In this document: positions 25,533-32,000 of the stretch, piece after piece
Position numbering within the stretch: the first letter of the stretch is position 1
Layout of the letters: the number at the start of each line of letters is the position of its first letter
Assembly: GCF_029232205.1 (NCBI RefSeq)
Contig: NZ_CP107255.1
Location: forward strand, 960,001-992,000
Reading direction: 5' to 3'
DNA length: 32,000 nt
DNA from: Candidatus Saccharimonadota bacterium
Lineage (GTDB): Archaea > Nanohalarchaeota > Nanosalinia > Nanosalinales > Nanosalinaceae
Position numbers and translations under genes: made by a program
Notes under the pieces: model-generated
The model's input: the letters and a program-made list of their open reading frames with translations, nothing else
Database searches by the model: none
What the model was told of the DNA's origin: nothing

Positions 25533-26203
25533 TATTGGTCACCTTTCTCTTCCGATTCTTCATCGGTTTCTTCTGTTTCTGAGTTTTCTTCTTCCTCATC
25601 TGATTCTTCTTCAGATTCAGTGTCTTCTTCGGCCTCTTCATCTTCAGTTTCTTCGTCTTCTGCTTCCTCTATTTCTTCTTCGATTTCTTCGAGGTCTTCT
25701 TCGCTGATGTCTGCTGCCTGGCCTCCGCCCTGCATTTGCTGCATCATTGCGTTTTCTTCTTCCTGTTCTTCCTCAAGTTCTTCAAGTGTTTCTTCGTCGA
25801 CTTCAATTGCTTCTGTGTCTTCGACGTCGTATGCTTCGATTCTTGAGATGTCTTCGAGGTTGAGTGCCTGGATCTGGAGGTTTGATGGCTGTAGTGTTTT
25901 TTCTCTTGAGGTTCCGTCTGTACGGTTGTTTTCTACTCCTCTGACTGTTACTGTTGTGTTGTCTCTGTCAATTCCGCTGATAACTCCTGATTTTCCTTTG
26001 TCGTCTCCTCTCATTACTTCTACTCTGTCTCCAACCTTGAGGTTGAGATTTCTGGTATCCAGTTCGTCTCTTAGTGCTGGTGCCAGATTAGCGGAAACTA
26101 GTTTGTCTTTTACGTGCTGTGGTGCGTTTCTTCTGTATTTTCTCTGTTTTGAAGGTTGCTTGCTTGAGTTCCAGCTTCTGCTCCAGTTCTTGTTATCTGT
26201 CAT
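25532..26203 (-). CDS. rpl24: 50S ribosomal protein uL24 with a C-terminal polyacidic extension of about 98 aa
   Basis: KOW motif LKVGDRVEVMRGDDKGKSGVISGIDRD. The tail from about aa 126 is almost entirely E, D, T and S. Confidence 0.92.
   Translation of the reverse strand: MTDNKNWSRSWNSSKQPSKQRKYRRNAPQHVKDKLVSANLAPALRDELDTRNLNLKVGDRVEVMRGDDKGKSGVISGIDRDNTTVTVRGVENNRTDGTSREKTLQPSNLQIQALNLEDISRIEAYDVEDTEAIEVDEETLEELEEEQEEENAMMQQMQGGGQAADISEEDLEEIEEEIEEAEDEETEDEEAEEDTESEEESDEEEENSETEETDEESEEKGDQ
25537..25545 (-). promoter_or_regulatory. Shine-Dalgarno AAGGTGACC for eS4, embedded in the uL24 C-terminus (K-G-D-Q-stop)
   Basis: Minus strand reads AAA GGT GAC CAA TAA TG. Confidence 0.7.
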
Positions 26204-26207
26204 TGTT

Positions 26208-26606
26208 TTACACCACCTTTGATGCGATCTTCCCGATAGGGGAGTATCGCTGTACTACTTCTTTTGCGATTGGGCCTCTGGTTACTGATCCTTTCGGTAG
26301 GCCGTTTTCTTCTACTAGTACTGCTGCGTTGTCTTCGAATTTTACTCGTGTTCCTTCCGGTCTTTCGAATTCCTGTCTTTGTCTGACAACTACTGCTTCG
26401 AATATTTCGTGTTTTGTTTCCTCGTCTCCTTTGAGGACTCTTACGATTACTTTATCTGCGATTCCTGCGGAGTTTCTTCTGCTTCTTCGGCCTTTCTGGC
26501 TTTTAACACCGATAATCTTCAGTTTTTTGGCTCCGGAGTTGTCTGCGCATGTTAGTTCTGCGCCCTGGTCAAGGCCTCTTGTAATACTTGCTCCTAGTGG
26601 CTTCAT
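26208..26606 (-). CDS. rpl14: 50S ribosomal protein uL14
   Basis: RGLDQGAELTCADNSGAKKLKIIGV. Confidence 0.95.
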   Translation of the reverse strand: MKPLGASITRGLDQGAELTCADNSGAKKLKIIGVKSQKGRRSRRNSAGIADKVIVRVLKGDEETKHEIFEAVVVRQRQEFERPEGTRVKFEDNAAVLVEENGLPKGSVTRGPIAKEVVQRYSPIGKIASKVV

Positions 26607-26610
26607 TGGT

Positions 26611-26898
26611 TTATTCCTCTTGTTTGTCGGTTATTTTTTCCATTATTACATGGCTCTTGGTTTTACTGATTGGCTTGGTCTCTCCGACCTTTACTGTGTC
26701 GCCTTCTTCTATTTCCATGTCTTCTGGGACGTGGACAGTTATCTTTGTGTTTCTTCTTTCTTTTCTTTCGTATTTCGGAATTTCCTGTGTGTGTTCCCAT
26801 CTTACAGTTGCGGATTTCTGCATTTTTGTGGATTCTACTGTTCCTGTAAATACTCCGCCTCTGATTGGGTATTCGCTGGATTCATTTGTTTCAGTCAA
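26611..26898 (-). CDS. rps17: 30S ribosomal protein uS17
   Basis: GTVESTKMQKSATV......IPKYERKERRNTKI.VHVP....EGD.V.VGETKPISKTK. The TTG start is preceded by AAGGTGAA (26905-26913). Confidence 0.9.
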   Translation of the reverse strand: MTETNESSEYPIRGGVFTGTVESTKMQKSATVRWEHTQEIPKYERKERRNTKITVHVPEDMEIEEGDTVKVGETKPISKTKSHVIMEKITDKQEE

Positions 26899-27175
26899 GC
26901 CTTGTTCACCTTTGGTTGTTTGTCTTAGTTTGTTTCGTTCTGATTGAAGTTCTATAACCGCTAGAAATTATTGGACTCGGAGAGTCTGCAGCAAAAACGC
27001 TCACTACAAGTGGGTTTTTAGGGCAGACCACCGAAAGTATCGAATCAATCAAGATTCGACTTCCAGCGGTTGATCAGAACCTCAATCAAGTTTTGAGGTT
27101 CGTAAGAACACATTCAAAGACAAACTTTAAAAGGGTGTTTTGATTAGGTAGGCACAGTTTGGTGGAAGGCCTTTA
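26899..27175 (-). other. 277-bp non-coding spacer inside the ribosomal operon with several stem-loops. Candidate structured leader or small RNA.
   Basis: Hairpins at 27040-27059 (tcgaatc/gattcga), 27077-27101 (gaacctcaa/ttgaggttc) and 26974-26986 (gactc/gagtc). Possible long-range pairing of aaccgct (26956-26962) with agcggtt (27065-27071). The 8-mer caatcaag sits at the apex region of both larger hairpins. Confidence 0.3.
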
Positions 27176-27448
27176 CTACCATTTTTCGGGCAGTTTCATG
27201 CCTGTTCTTTCCTCAGGCCTTTTGTTGATTAGCTGGCCTTTTACCGATACTTTTTCTCCCGCGGGTATTTGGAAGAGGAATGTGCAGTTCTTTTTCTCCA
27301 CCCACTTATCATTGATTCTGAGCATGGACTTGGTTTCGTCCATTACCTCTCCTTTGAGGCCTTCTAGTGATTCATCTGTAGATTCTGTTACCTCTACTTG
27401 TAGGCCTATGAGTTCATGTTTTGGGAGGTTTTCTGGTGTGATTGGCAT
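27176..27448 (-). CDS. rnp1: RNase P protein component 1 (Rpp29/Pop4 homolog)
   Basis: HELIGLQVEVTESTDESLEGLKGEVMDETKSMLRI matches the Rpp29 Sm-like core, and the gene occupies the conserved position upstream of uS17. Confidence 0.85.
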   Translation of the reverse strand: MPITPENLPKHELIGLQVEVTESTDESLEGLKGEVMDETKSMLRINDKWVEKKNCTFLFQIPAGEKVSVKGQLINKRPEERTGMKLPEKW

Positions 27449-27461
27449 AGTGGTTTCAGTG

Positions 27462-28514
27462 TTAGAGACTTTCTATTTCCTGATTTTCGGGGTTAATTCT
27501 GAGTTTTCCTCCGATGGGTAGAGGGATTTTCGGATGTGTATGGCCAAAGTCGATATCGAATACTGCTGGTGTTTCTGGACAGTAGTTTTTGATTTCTTGT
27601 TTTATGGCCTCTTTCTGCTTTTTATGGTATTCTCTCTTATCTTCGACTGTTTTCTCTTCACTCATTAGTTGTGCTCTCATAGGTCTTCCTACAAGTATAG
27701 CTGAGAACTTCTGTAGGATACCTCGCTCTCCCATAACCATTAATCGTCTTTTTACATCTACGATGGCTGGGTGTTCTTCTGATGTTTCTAGAACAAGCAC
27801 GTTACCTTCCAACCTGTCTTGGTCCGGCATATATCTGTCTGCTGCCATGAATTCTGGTATTACGCCGAGACATCCGCCCCATATTCTTCCCTCTACCGTT
27901 TCTCCATTGAAATTCCAGTATTCCCATTCAGGAGCATTGTATCTTTCTCTTCCATCTTCAAGCTCTTCCTTGAATAAATCAAAATAGTCATCAGTAAACA
28001 TTTTCGAGGATTCTAGATCTCCTAACTGTTCCTGGAAAAAGGCTTTTTCTAGGTAGCTGTACGTATATTCTCCTATTTCTCCCTCTGCAAGCAAGTCATC
28101 CAAGATCTGGCCTCCATAGAAACTCTGTATTCCGAGATTTGATAGATATAGGTGAAGATTAGTGTTGTCGCTTATGCCATAGAATCTTGTCGGATTTTCT
28201 TTCAATCTCTCCGGTTCCAAGTACTTGAGCATTCTCAGTTGTTCTGTGCCTCCTGTAAGAGCGATCACTCCTCTTATTTGAGGGTCTTCGAAGGCCTGCA
28301 TGAACTCTTCTGCTTTCTGTCTCGGATTATCGTTAAGGTAGTCTGTCGACTTTTCCGCAGTGGGATATACCTCTGACTTGAGGCCAAATCTTTGTTCAAG
28401 CCTGTCAACACCTTTTCTTAAGACTTCAGGAAACTCCTGTACGCCGTTAGAGGTTGCGATTATAGCTACTTTATCTCCTTTTTCTAGAGACTGAGGAAGG
28501 TTATACTCCGGCAT
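27462..28514 (-). CDS. Peptidase family S66 protein (LD-carboxypeptidase LdcA / microcin C7 immunity MccF-like), 350 aa
   Basis: N-terminus GDKVAIIATSNG. Nucleophile elbow FYGISDNTNL, compared with GFSDIT in LdcA. Acidic motif LVLETSEE and histidine motif DFGHTHPKIPLPIGG. The Ser-Glu-His triad appears intact. Confidence 0.8.
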   Translation of the reverse strand: MPEYNLPQSLEKGDKVAIIATSNGVQEFPEVLRKGVDRLEQRFGLKSEVYPTAEKSTDYLNDNPRQKAEEFMQAFEDPQIRGVIALTGGTEQLRMLKYLEPERLKENPTRFYGISDNTNLHLYLSNLGIQSFYGGQILDDLLAEGEIGEYTYSYLEKAFFQEQLGDLESSKMFTDDYFDLFKEELEDGRERYNAPEWEYWNFNGETVEGRIWGGCLGVIPEFMAADRYMPDQDRLEGNVLVLETSEEHPAIVDVKRRLMVMGERGILQKFSAILVGRPMRAQLMSEEKTVEDKREYHKKQKEAIKQEIKNYCPETPAVFDIDFGHTHPKIPLPIGGKLRINPENQEIESL

Positions 28515-28573
28515 AGAGAAGAGTTTATGGAGAAAGTAAAAAAGAATATGTGAGAGAATGTCCAGAGAAAATG

Positions 28574-28882
28574 TTATCTCTGGATTTCGATGTTTTCTCG
28601 GTCGAACCCTTGGTCAGCTAGGACGTCTTCGATTCGACGTGTGTGGTCTCCCTGGAGTTCGATGTGGCCGTCTTTGACTGTTCCTCCGCATGCAAGTTTG
28701 GACTTGAGTTTGGAGGATAGGTCGTCGAGGTTGATGTCTTCTCCAAGGCCTTCGACTACTGTTACTTCTTTGCCGAAGCTTCTTGTGTCGATCTTTACTG
28801 TGATTTTTTGCTCTGATCGAGCTAGTTGGTCGGTTACGTCGAGTTCGTCTGGTAGTCCGCTGTTGGGATTGAGATCTGACAT
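28574..28882 (-). CDS. sui1: Translation initiation factor SUI1 (aSUI1/eIF1 homolog)
   Basis: ITVKIDTRSFGKEVTVVEGL....L..L.SKLKSKLACGGTVKDG.IELQGDH. Confidence 0.92.
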   Translation of the reverse strand: MSDLNPNSGLPDELDVTDQLARSEQKITVKIDTRSFGKEVTVVEGLGEDINLDDLSSKLKSKLACGGTVKDGHIELQGDHTRRIEDVLADQGFDRENIEIQR

Positions 28883-28889
28883 TATTATC

Positions 28890-29087
28890 TTATTGGCGTT
28901 CGTTGAGAACTGTTTTGATACGTGCGATGGTTTTCTTCATTTCTCCGAGTCGGCCTGGGTTGTCTGCGAATCCTCCGACTTCGATTTGACCTCTTTCCTG
29001 TACTAGTTCTTTTTGCAGGTCTGTGAGGTCTTGTTTGAGTTCGTCTGCGTCTTTTTCTCGGAGTTCAGAGATTGAAAGTTCTGACAC
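28890..29087 (-). CDS. rpl29: 50S ribosomal protein uL29
   Basis: LREKDADELKQDLTDLQKEL...R and operon position. Confidence 0.9.
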   Translation of the reverse strand: MSELSISELREKDADELKQDLTDLQKELVQERGQIEVGGFADNPGRLGEMKKTIARIKTVLNERQ

Positions 29088-29116
29088 GGTTAATCACTTC
29101 TTTTTTCTCCTTTTAT

Positions 29117-30193
29117 TTATTGCTGGCCTTCAAGCCAGTCAATAAATGTTGTTCGGTTTTTGTTTGCTTGTTCTGCCTGTAGGATTGCTCCGTAGTCAGG
29201 ATCTTCCATTTCAGAGATTGCGTCTTTTGCGTCGCTGATTGTGCCTGAGACTATTTCTTCTACATCTGTCTCTGTTTCCTGTGTTTCTTCCTGTTCCTCT
29301 GCTTCTTCTTGATCTGATTCCTGTTCGGATTCAGTGTCAGATTCTTCAGGTTCTTCTTCAGTTGTTTCTTCGTCTTCTTCTGTTTCTGGTTCTGTTACTT
29401 CTTCTGGTTCTTCGTCTCTGGCTTCGAATGCGTCTCTGACTTCTTGTTTGGAGATGTCGCTTGTTTCGAATTCTTCTCCTTTCTCTTCGATTGCTCTTTC
29501 TAGTTCTGAGGAGGTCATGCTTTCTGCTTCGATAAGGACTTTTTCGATTCTGTCAGCTTTGTTTTCTGCTTCTTCTGTTACTTCTGATTCATGTAGAATC
29601 TTTTCGCTGACGTCTACGTCTCTGTGCATGAAGTCTGGCATTTCCTTCATCATGCGGACTTTGACTCCGATTGCTCCTGGCTTTGTTCGGGCCAGTGAGT
29701 ATCCTTTGTCGACGTTTTCTTTGGATGTGTTTCCGCATCTCTTTACGTATCCGAATGAGAATTTCTCGGTTCTTCCACGGTTTCCGGAGAGCTTTCCTGT
29801 GATTTCTACTTCTGCTCCGATGACTCCTGCTTCTTTCATGCGTCTGATGTAGGTGTATCCTACACGTTTGGCGTGGCCGCCTTTTTCAAGCCAGTTTGCG
29901 ATGCTCTTTGCTACTACTTCTGCATCTGCATCAGCGTTCTCGATTTCGTTGACTTCGATCTGTGGATTGTCGAAGTCGAATTCTTCTTCGAGATCTGCTG
30001 TGAGTTCCTTGATTCTGGATCCTCCTCGTCCGATTACGAGGCCTGGTCTCTGTGCGTAGATTACGATTTTTGCTGATGTCGGTGTTCTGACTAGGTCGGC
30101 GTGGCTGTATCCTGCGCCTTCTAGTTCTTCTTCTAGGAACTCGTGTAGTCTTACTTTACGGGCTCCTTTCTGAATGAATTTTTTCTCTTGCAT
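29117..30193 (-). CDS. rps3: 30S ribosomal protein uS3 with an acidic C-terminal extension of about 165 aa that ends in a non-acidic segment of about 45 aa
   Basis: KH-domain core (VIYAQRPGLVIGRGGSRIKELT) up to about aa 190. An E/D/T-rich tract follows, then VSGTISDAKDAISEMEDPDYGAILQAEQANKNRTTFIDWLEGQQ. Confidence 0.92.
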   Translation of the reverse strand: MQEKKFIQKGARKVRLHEFLEEELEGAGYSHADLVRTPTSAKIVIYAQRPGLVIGRGGSRIKELTADLEEEFDFDNPQIEVNEIENADADAEVVAKSIANWLEKGGHAKRVGYTYIRRMKEAGVIGAEVEITGKLSGNRGRTEKFSFGYVKRCGNTSKENVDKGYSLARTKPGAIGVKVRMMKEMPDFMHRDVDVSEKILHESEVTEEAENKADRIEKVLIEAESMTSSELERAIEEKGEEFETSDISKQEVRDAFEARDEEPEEVTEPETEEDEETTEEEPEESDTESEQESDQEEAEEQEETQETETDVEEIVSGTISDAKDAISEMEDPDYGAILQAEQANKNRTTFIDWLEGQQ

Positions 30194-30248
30194 TCAAAGA
30201 CCACCTCGGTCTTTTGCATGCTCAGAAAATCTTTGATTTTCGCTCATA

Positions 30249-30659
30249 TTATCGCTCTCCTACGATTATTTTTACGTGTGCGGCTTTTGTTTCTCCAGGA
30301 TGTCTTCCTGGTGTTCTCATTTCGCGGCCTTTGTTTGTGATGATGTTCTGGACTTCTAGTGCTCCTGGGTTGAGGCCTTCGTGTTCTGCGTTTGATGCTG
30401 CAGATCTGAGGACTTCCAGGATTTCTTTTGAGGCTTTTTCCGGGTATCTTCCGGAGTCGCCGTGTCCGCTTCTGTGGCCGACGTCTGAGTTGAATTTTGT
30501 GTATGGGACTGCTAGGTCTTTCTCGATTACTTTTTCGAGTTTTCTTTCTGCTTTTTCTACGGAGTCGCCTTTGATGAAGCGTCCGATTTCTGTGCAGTCT
30601 TTCCATGATACGGGCATGTTTCGGCCCTGTGCCATTGCTTGGTGTGCGTCGAGTTCCAT
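30249..30659 (-). CDS. rpl22: 50S ribosomal protein uL22
   Basis: GRNMPVSWKDCTEIGRFIKG..V..A...LE.VI and HVKIIV, plus operon position. Confidence 0.9.
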   Translation of the reverse strand: MELDAHQAMAQGRNMPVSWKDCTEIGRFIKGDSVEKAERKLEKVIEKDLAVPYTKFNSDVGHRSGHGDSGRYPEKASKEILEVLRSAASNAEHEGLNPGALEVQNIITNKGREMRTPGRHPGETKAAHVKIIVGER

Positions 30660-30668
30660 GCTAGATCA

Positions 30669-31052
30669 CTACTTGAGTGGGATGTGTTTGGACGAACGTG
30701 TTGCACCAAGTCCTGGTGCGCTGTGTTCGACTTCTTTTCGGGTTCTTGCGAATTCTCCGAGGTAGTGGCCGAGCATTTCTGGCGCGATTTCTACTTCGAT
30801 GAATCTTTGTCCGTTGTAGACTTCGATGGTTTTTCCGACCATCTGTGGTACTACGATCATTCCTCTTCTGTGGGTTTTGGCTCTGTCTTTTTCCTCGAGT
30901 GTTTCGAGGATTTTTTCTTCCTCTTCTCTTAGGCCTCTTTGAATCTTTCTGCGGCCTCTTGAGTTGAGGAGGTCGGCGAACTCTTCTAGTTCCATGTCTT
31001 TGAGTTCGTCGAGTGTTTTTCCTCTGAATGTGAATTCGTCTTGTTCTGCCAT
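30669..31052 (-). CDS. rps19: 30S ribosomal protein uS19
   Basis: [34 protein letters not shown]. Confidence 0.94.
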   Translation of the reverse strand: MAEQDEFTFRGKTLDELKDMELEEFADLLNSRGRRKIQRGLREEEEKILETLEEKDRAKTHRRGMIVVPQMVGKTIEVYNGQRFIEVEIAPEMLGHYLGEFARTRKEVEHSAPGLGATRSSKHIPLK

Positions 31053-31056
31053 GTTT

Positions 31057-31065
31057 GGTCACCTT
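31057..31065 (-). promoter_or_regulatory. Shine-Dalgarno AAGGTGACC for uS19, overlapping the uL2 stop codon
   Basis: Minus strand reads CAG TAA GGT GAC CAA ACA TG. Confidence 0.7.
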
Positions 31066-31765
31066 ACTGCTTCTTCTTTCCGCTGCGGCTTGCAGCGATG
31101 TTTCCAACTTTACGCCCTGGTGATGCGTGTCTGGAAACTGTCTTTGCCTTTCCTGGTTTTGCTGATCCACCGAATGGGTGGTCTACTGCGTTCATTGCTA
31201 CGCCGGATACCTTTGGATATGCTTTGCCTCTGGCTTTCATTGCCTTGGACTTGTTTCCGGCCTTTACGAATGGTTTCTCCTTTCTTCCGCCGCCTGCTAC
31301 TTTTCCTACTGTTGCACGGCATTGTGTATTCAGTTTCTTGAATTCTCCACTTGGAAGTTTTACTCTTACTCCGTCTTTTTCGTGTGTTACTACGAATGCG
31401 TATGTTCCTGAACTTCTGGCGATGTGGCCGCCGTCGTTTGGCTGTAGTTCTAGGTTGTGGATTGGTACTCCTTCTGGGAGTTCTCCTAGTGGTAGTGTGT
31501 TTCCTGGTTTTACTTCTGCGGATACTCCTAGTTCTATTTCGTCTCCTACTGCCAGGCCTTCTGGTGCTAGAATGTTTCTTTGTTCTCCGTCTTCGTATTC
31601 TACTACTGCGACTGGAGATGTTCTGCCTGGGTCGTGGATTAGGTCTACTACTGTTCCTTTTGTTTCTGCTCTTTTGGTTTCTACGTCTCCTTTGCTTTTG
31701 TGTGAGTTGGATTGGTAGTTTGGAGATCCTTTTCCTCTTCTTTGTTGTCTTAGTGGGCTTCCCAT
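31064..31765 (-). CDS. rpl2: 50S ribosomal protein uL2
   Basis: GNTLPLGELPEGVPIHNLE..P.DGG...RSSGTYA.V and MNAVDHPFGG. Confidence 0.95.
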   Translation of the reverse strand: MGSPLRQQRRGKGSPNYQSNSHKSKGDVETKRAETKGTVVDLIHDPGRTSPVAVVEYEDGEQRNILAPEGLAVGDEIELGVSAEVKPGNTLPLGELPEGVPIHNLELQPNDGGHIARSSGTYAFVVTHEKDGVRVKLPSGEFKKLNTQCRATVGKVAGGGRKEKPFVKAGNKSKAMKARGKAYPKVSGVAMNAVDHPFGGSAKPGKAKTVSRHASPGRKVGNIAASRSGKKKQ

Positions 31766-31766
31766 C

Positions 31767-32000
31767 TTACATCATACCTAGTTCGGTTGCGACGTCCATT
31801 GCGGAGTCGGTTTCTGAGAGTTTTACGTAGGCCTTTTTCTCGGCGTTTGGCGTGATGTTTGTGTTTACGTTTGTGACTGTAACATCGAACAGTGTTTCTA
31901 CTGCGTCTTCTACCTGGTTCTTGTTTGCATCGAGGTTGACCATTAGGACTAGTTTGTTTTCTTCGTCGATCATGTCCATTGCTTGTTCGGTCATGTGTGG
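31767..32000 (-). CDS. rpl23: 50S ribosomal protein uL23, probably 5'-truncated by the window edge
   Basis: TEQAMDMIDEENKLVLMVNLDANKNQVEDAVE.LFDV.V..VNT. The frame stays open from the ATG at 31994 to base 32000, and typical uL23 has a few more N-terminal residues. Confidence 0.88.
   Translation of the reverse strand, partial: PHMTEQAMDMIDEENKLVLMVNLDANKNQVEDAVETLFDVTVTNVNTNITPNAEKKAYVKLSETDSAMDVATELGMM

Noticed and set aside
25535-25830. Repetitive GAA/GAG/GAT-rich DNA in the uL24 and uS3 (29240-29440) tails, considered as a possible tandem repeat, microsatellite or CRISPR-like array
   Set aside because: There is no regular repeat unit or spacer periodicity. It is in-frame low-complexity acidic coding sequence.
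27098-27109. gttc-gtaa-gaac GNRA-type tetraloop hairpin
   Set aside because: It has only 4 bp and overlaps the 3' arm of the much stronger 9-bp hairpin, so the two are mutually exclusive. It is not independently supportable.
26899-27175. H/ACA or C/D box guide RNA, tRNA or split-tRNA, or SRP RNA in the Rpp29-uS17 spacer
   Set aside because: There is no RUGAUGA/CUGA box pair, no pseudouridylation-pocket hairpin followed by ACA at the right distance, and no T-loop or acceptor-stem pattern. It is too short and lacks the conserved SRP motifs. I kept it only as a generic structured-RNA candidate.
1-32000. Defence systems, toxin-antitoxin pairs, CRISPR-Cas, prophage or secretion ATPases
   Set aside because: I found no nuclease, helicase/ATPase (Walker A), Cas, capsid/terminase, PilB/FlaI-like or small TA-like gene pairs in any of the supported ORFs.

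Overview
The window looks archaeal and probably comes from a small-genome halophile. My guess is Nanohaloarchaeota/DPANN-like, based on very acidic proteins, moderate GC by eye, extreme gene packing and archaeal-specific genes; this is inference, not a database hit. It has three parts. (1) About 1-13.4 kb is a cell-envelope island. It holds an acidic protein with an internal twin-arginine-like motif and two large secreted multi-domain beta-sandwich proteins on the + strand (about 1170 and 577 aa). After a 334-bp non-coding spacer comes a tightly coupled minus-strand set of five exported or membrane proteins with no recognisable enzymatic motifs: a signal-anchored protein with three repeated modules, a 751-aa Cys-rich membrane protein, and three paralogous lipobox proteins. 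A DUF63-like polytopic membrane gene on the opposite strand interrupts this set. (2) About 13.4-19 kb is housekeeping: pelota, an HtrA-like protease, a Nudix hydrolase, a small membrane protein, tRNA-Ser(GGA), an HD-domain hydrolase, Cbf5 and a DUF106/YidC-like insertase. (3) About 19-32 kb is the canonical archaeal ribosomal-protein superoperon on the minus strand, running uL23 (cut by the window edge) through uL15 and SecY. It has three oddities: an S66 LD-carboxypeptidase/MccF-like gene inserted between SUI1 and RNase P Rpp29, a 277-bp hairpin-rich spacer between Rpp29 and uS17, and long polyacidic tails on uL24 and uS3. No CRISPR array, transposase, integrase, rRNA or recognisable defence gene was seen. 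Window-wide, the palindrome AGGCCT is roughly ten-fold over-represented, mostly through Gly-Leu encoded as GGC-CTN. The best candidate for an undescribed system is the exported-protein module at 6.5-13.4 kb, possibly together with the two giant surface proteins at 0.9-6.2 kb. Its function cannot be read from sequence alone.
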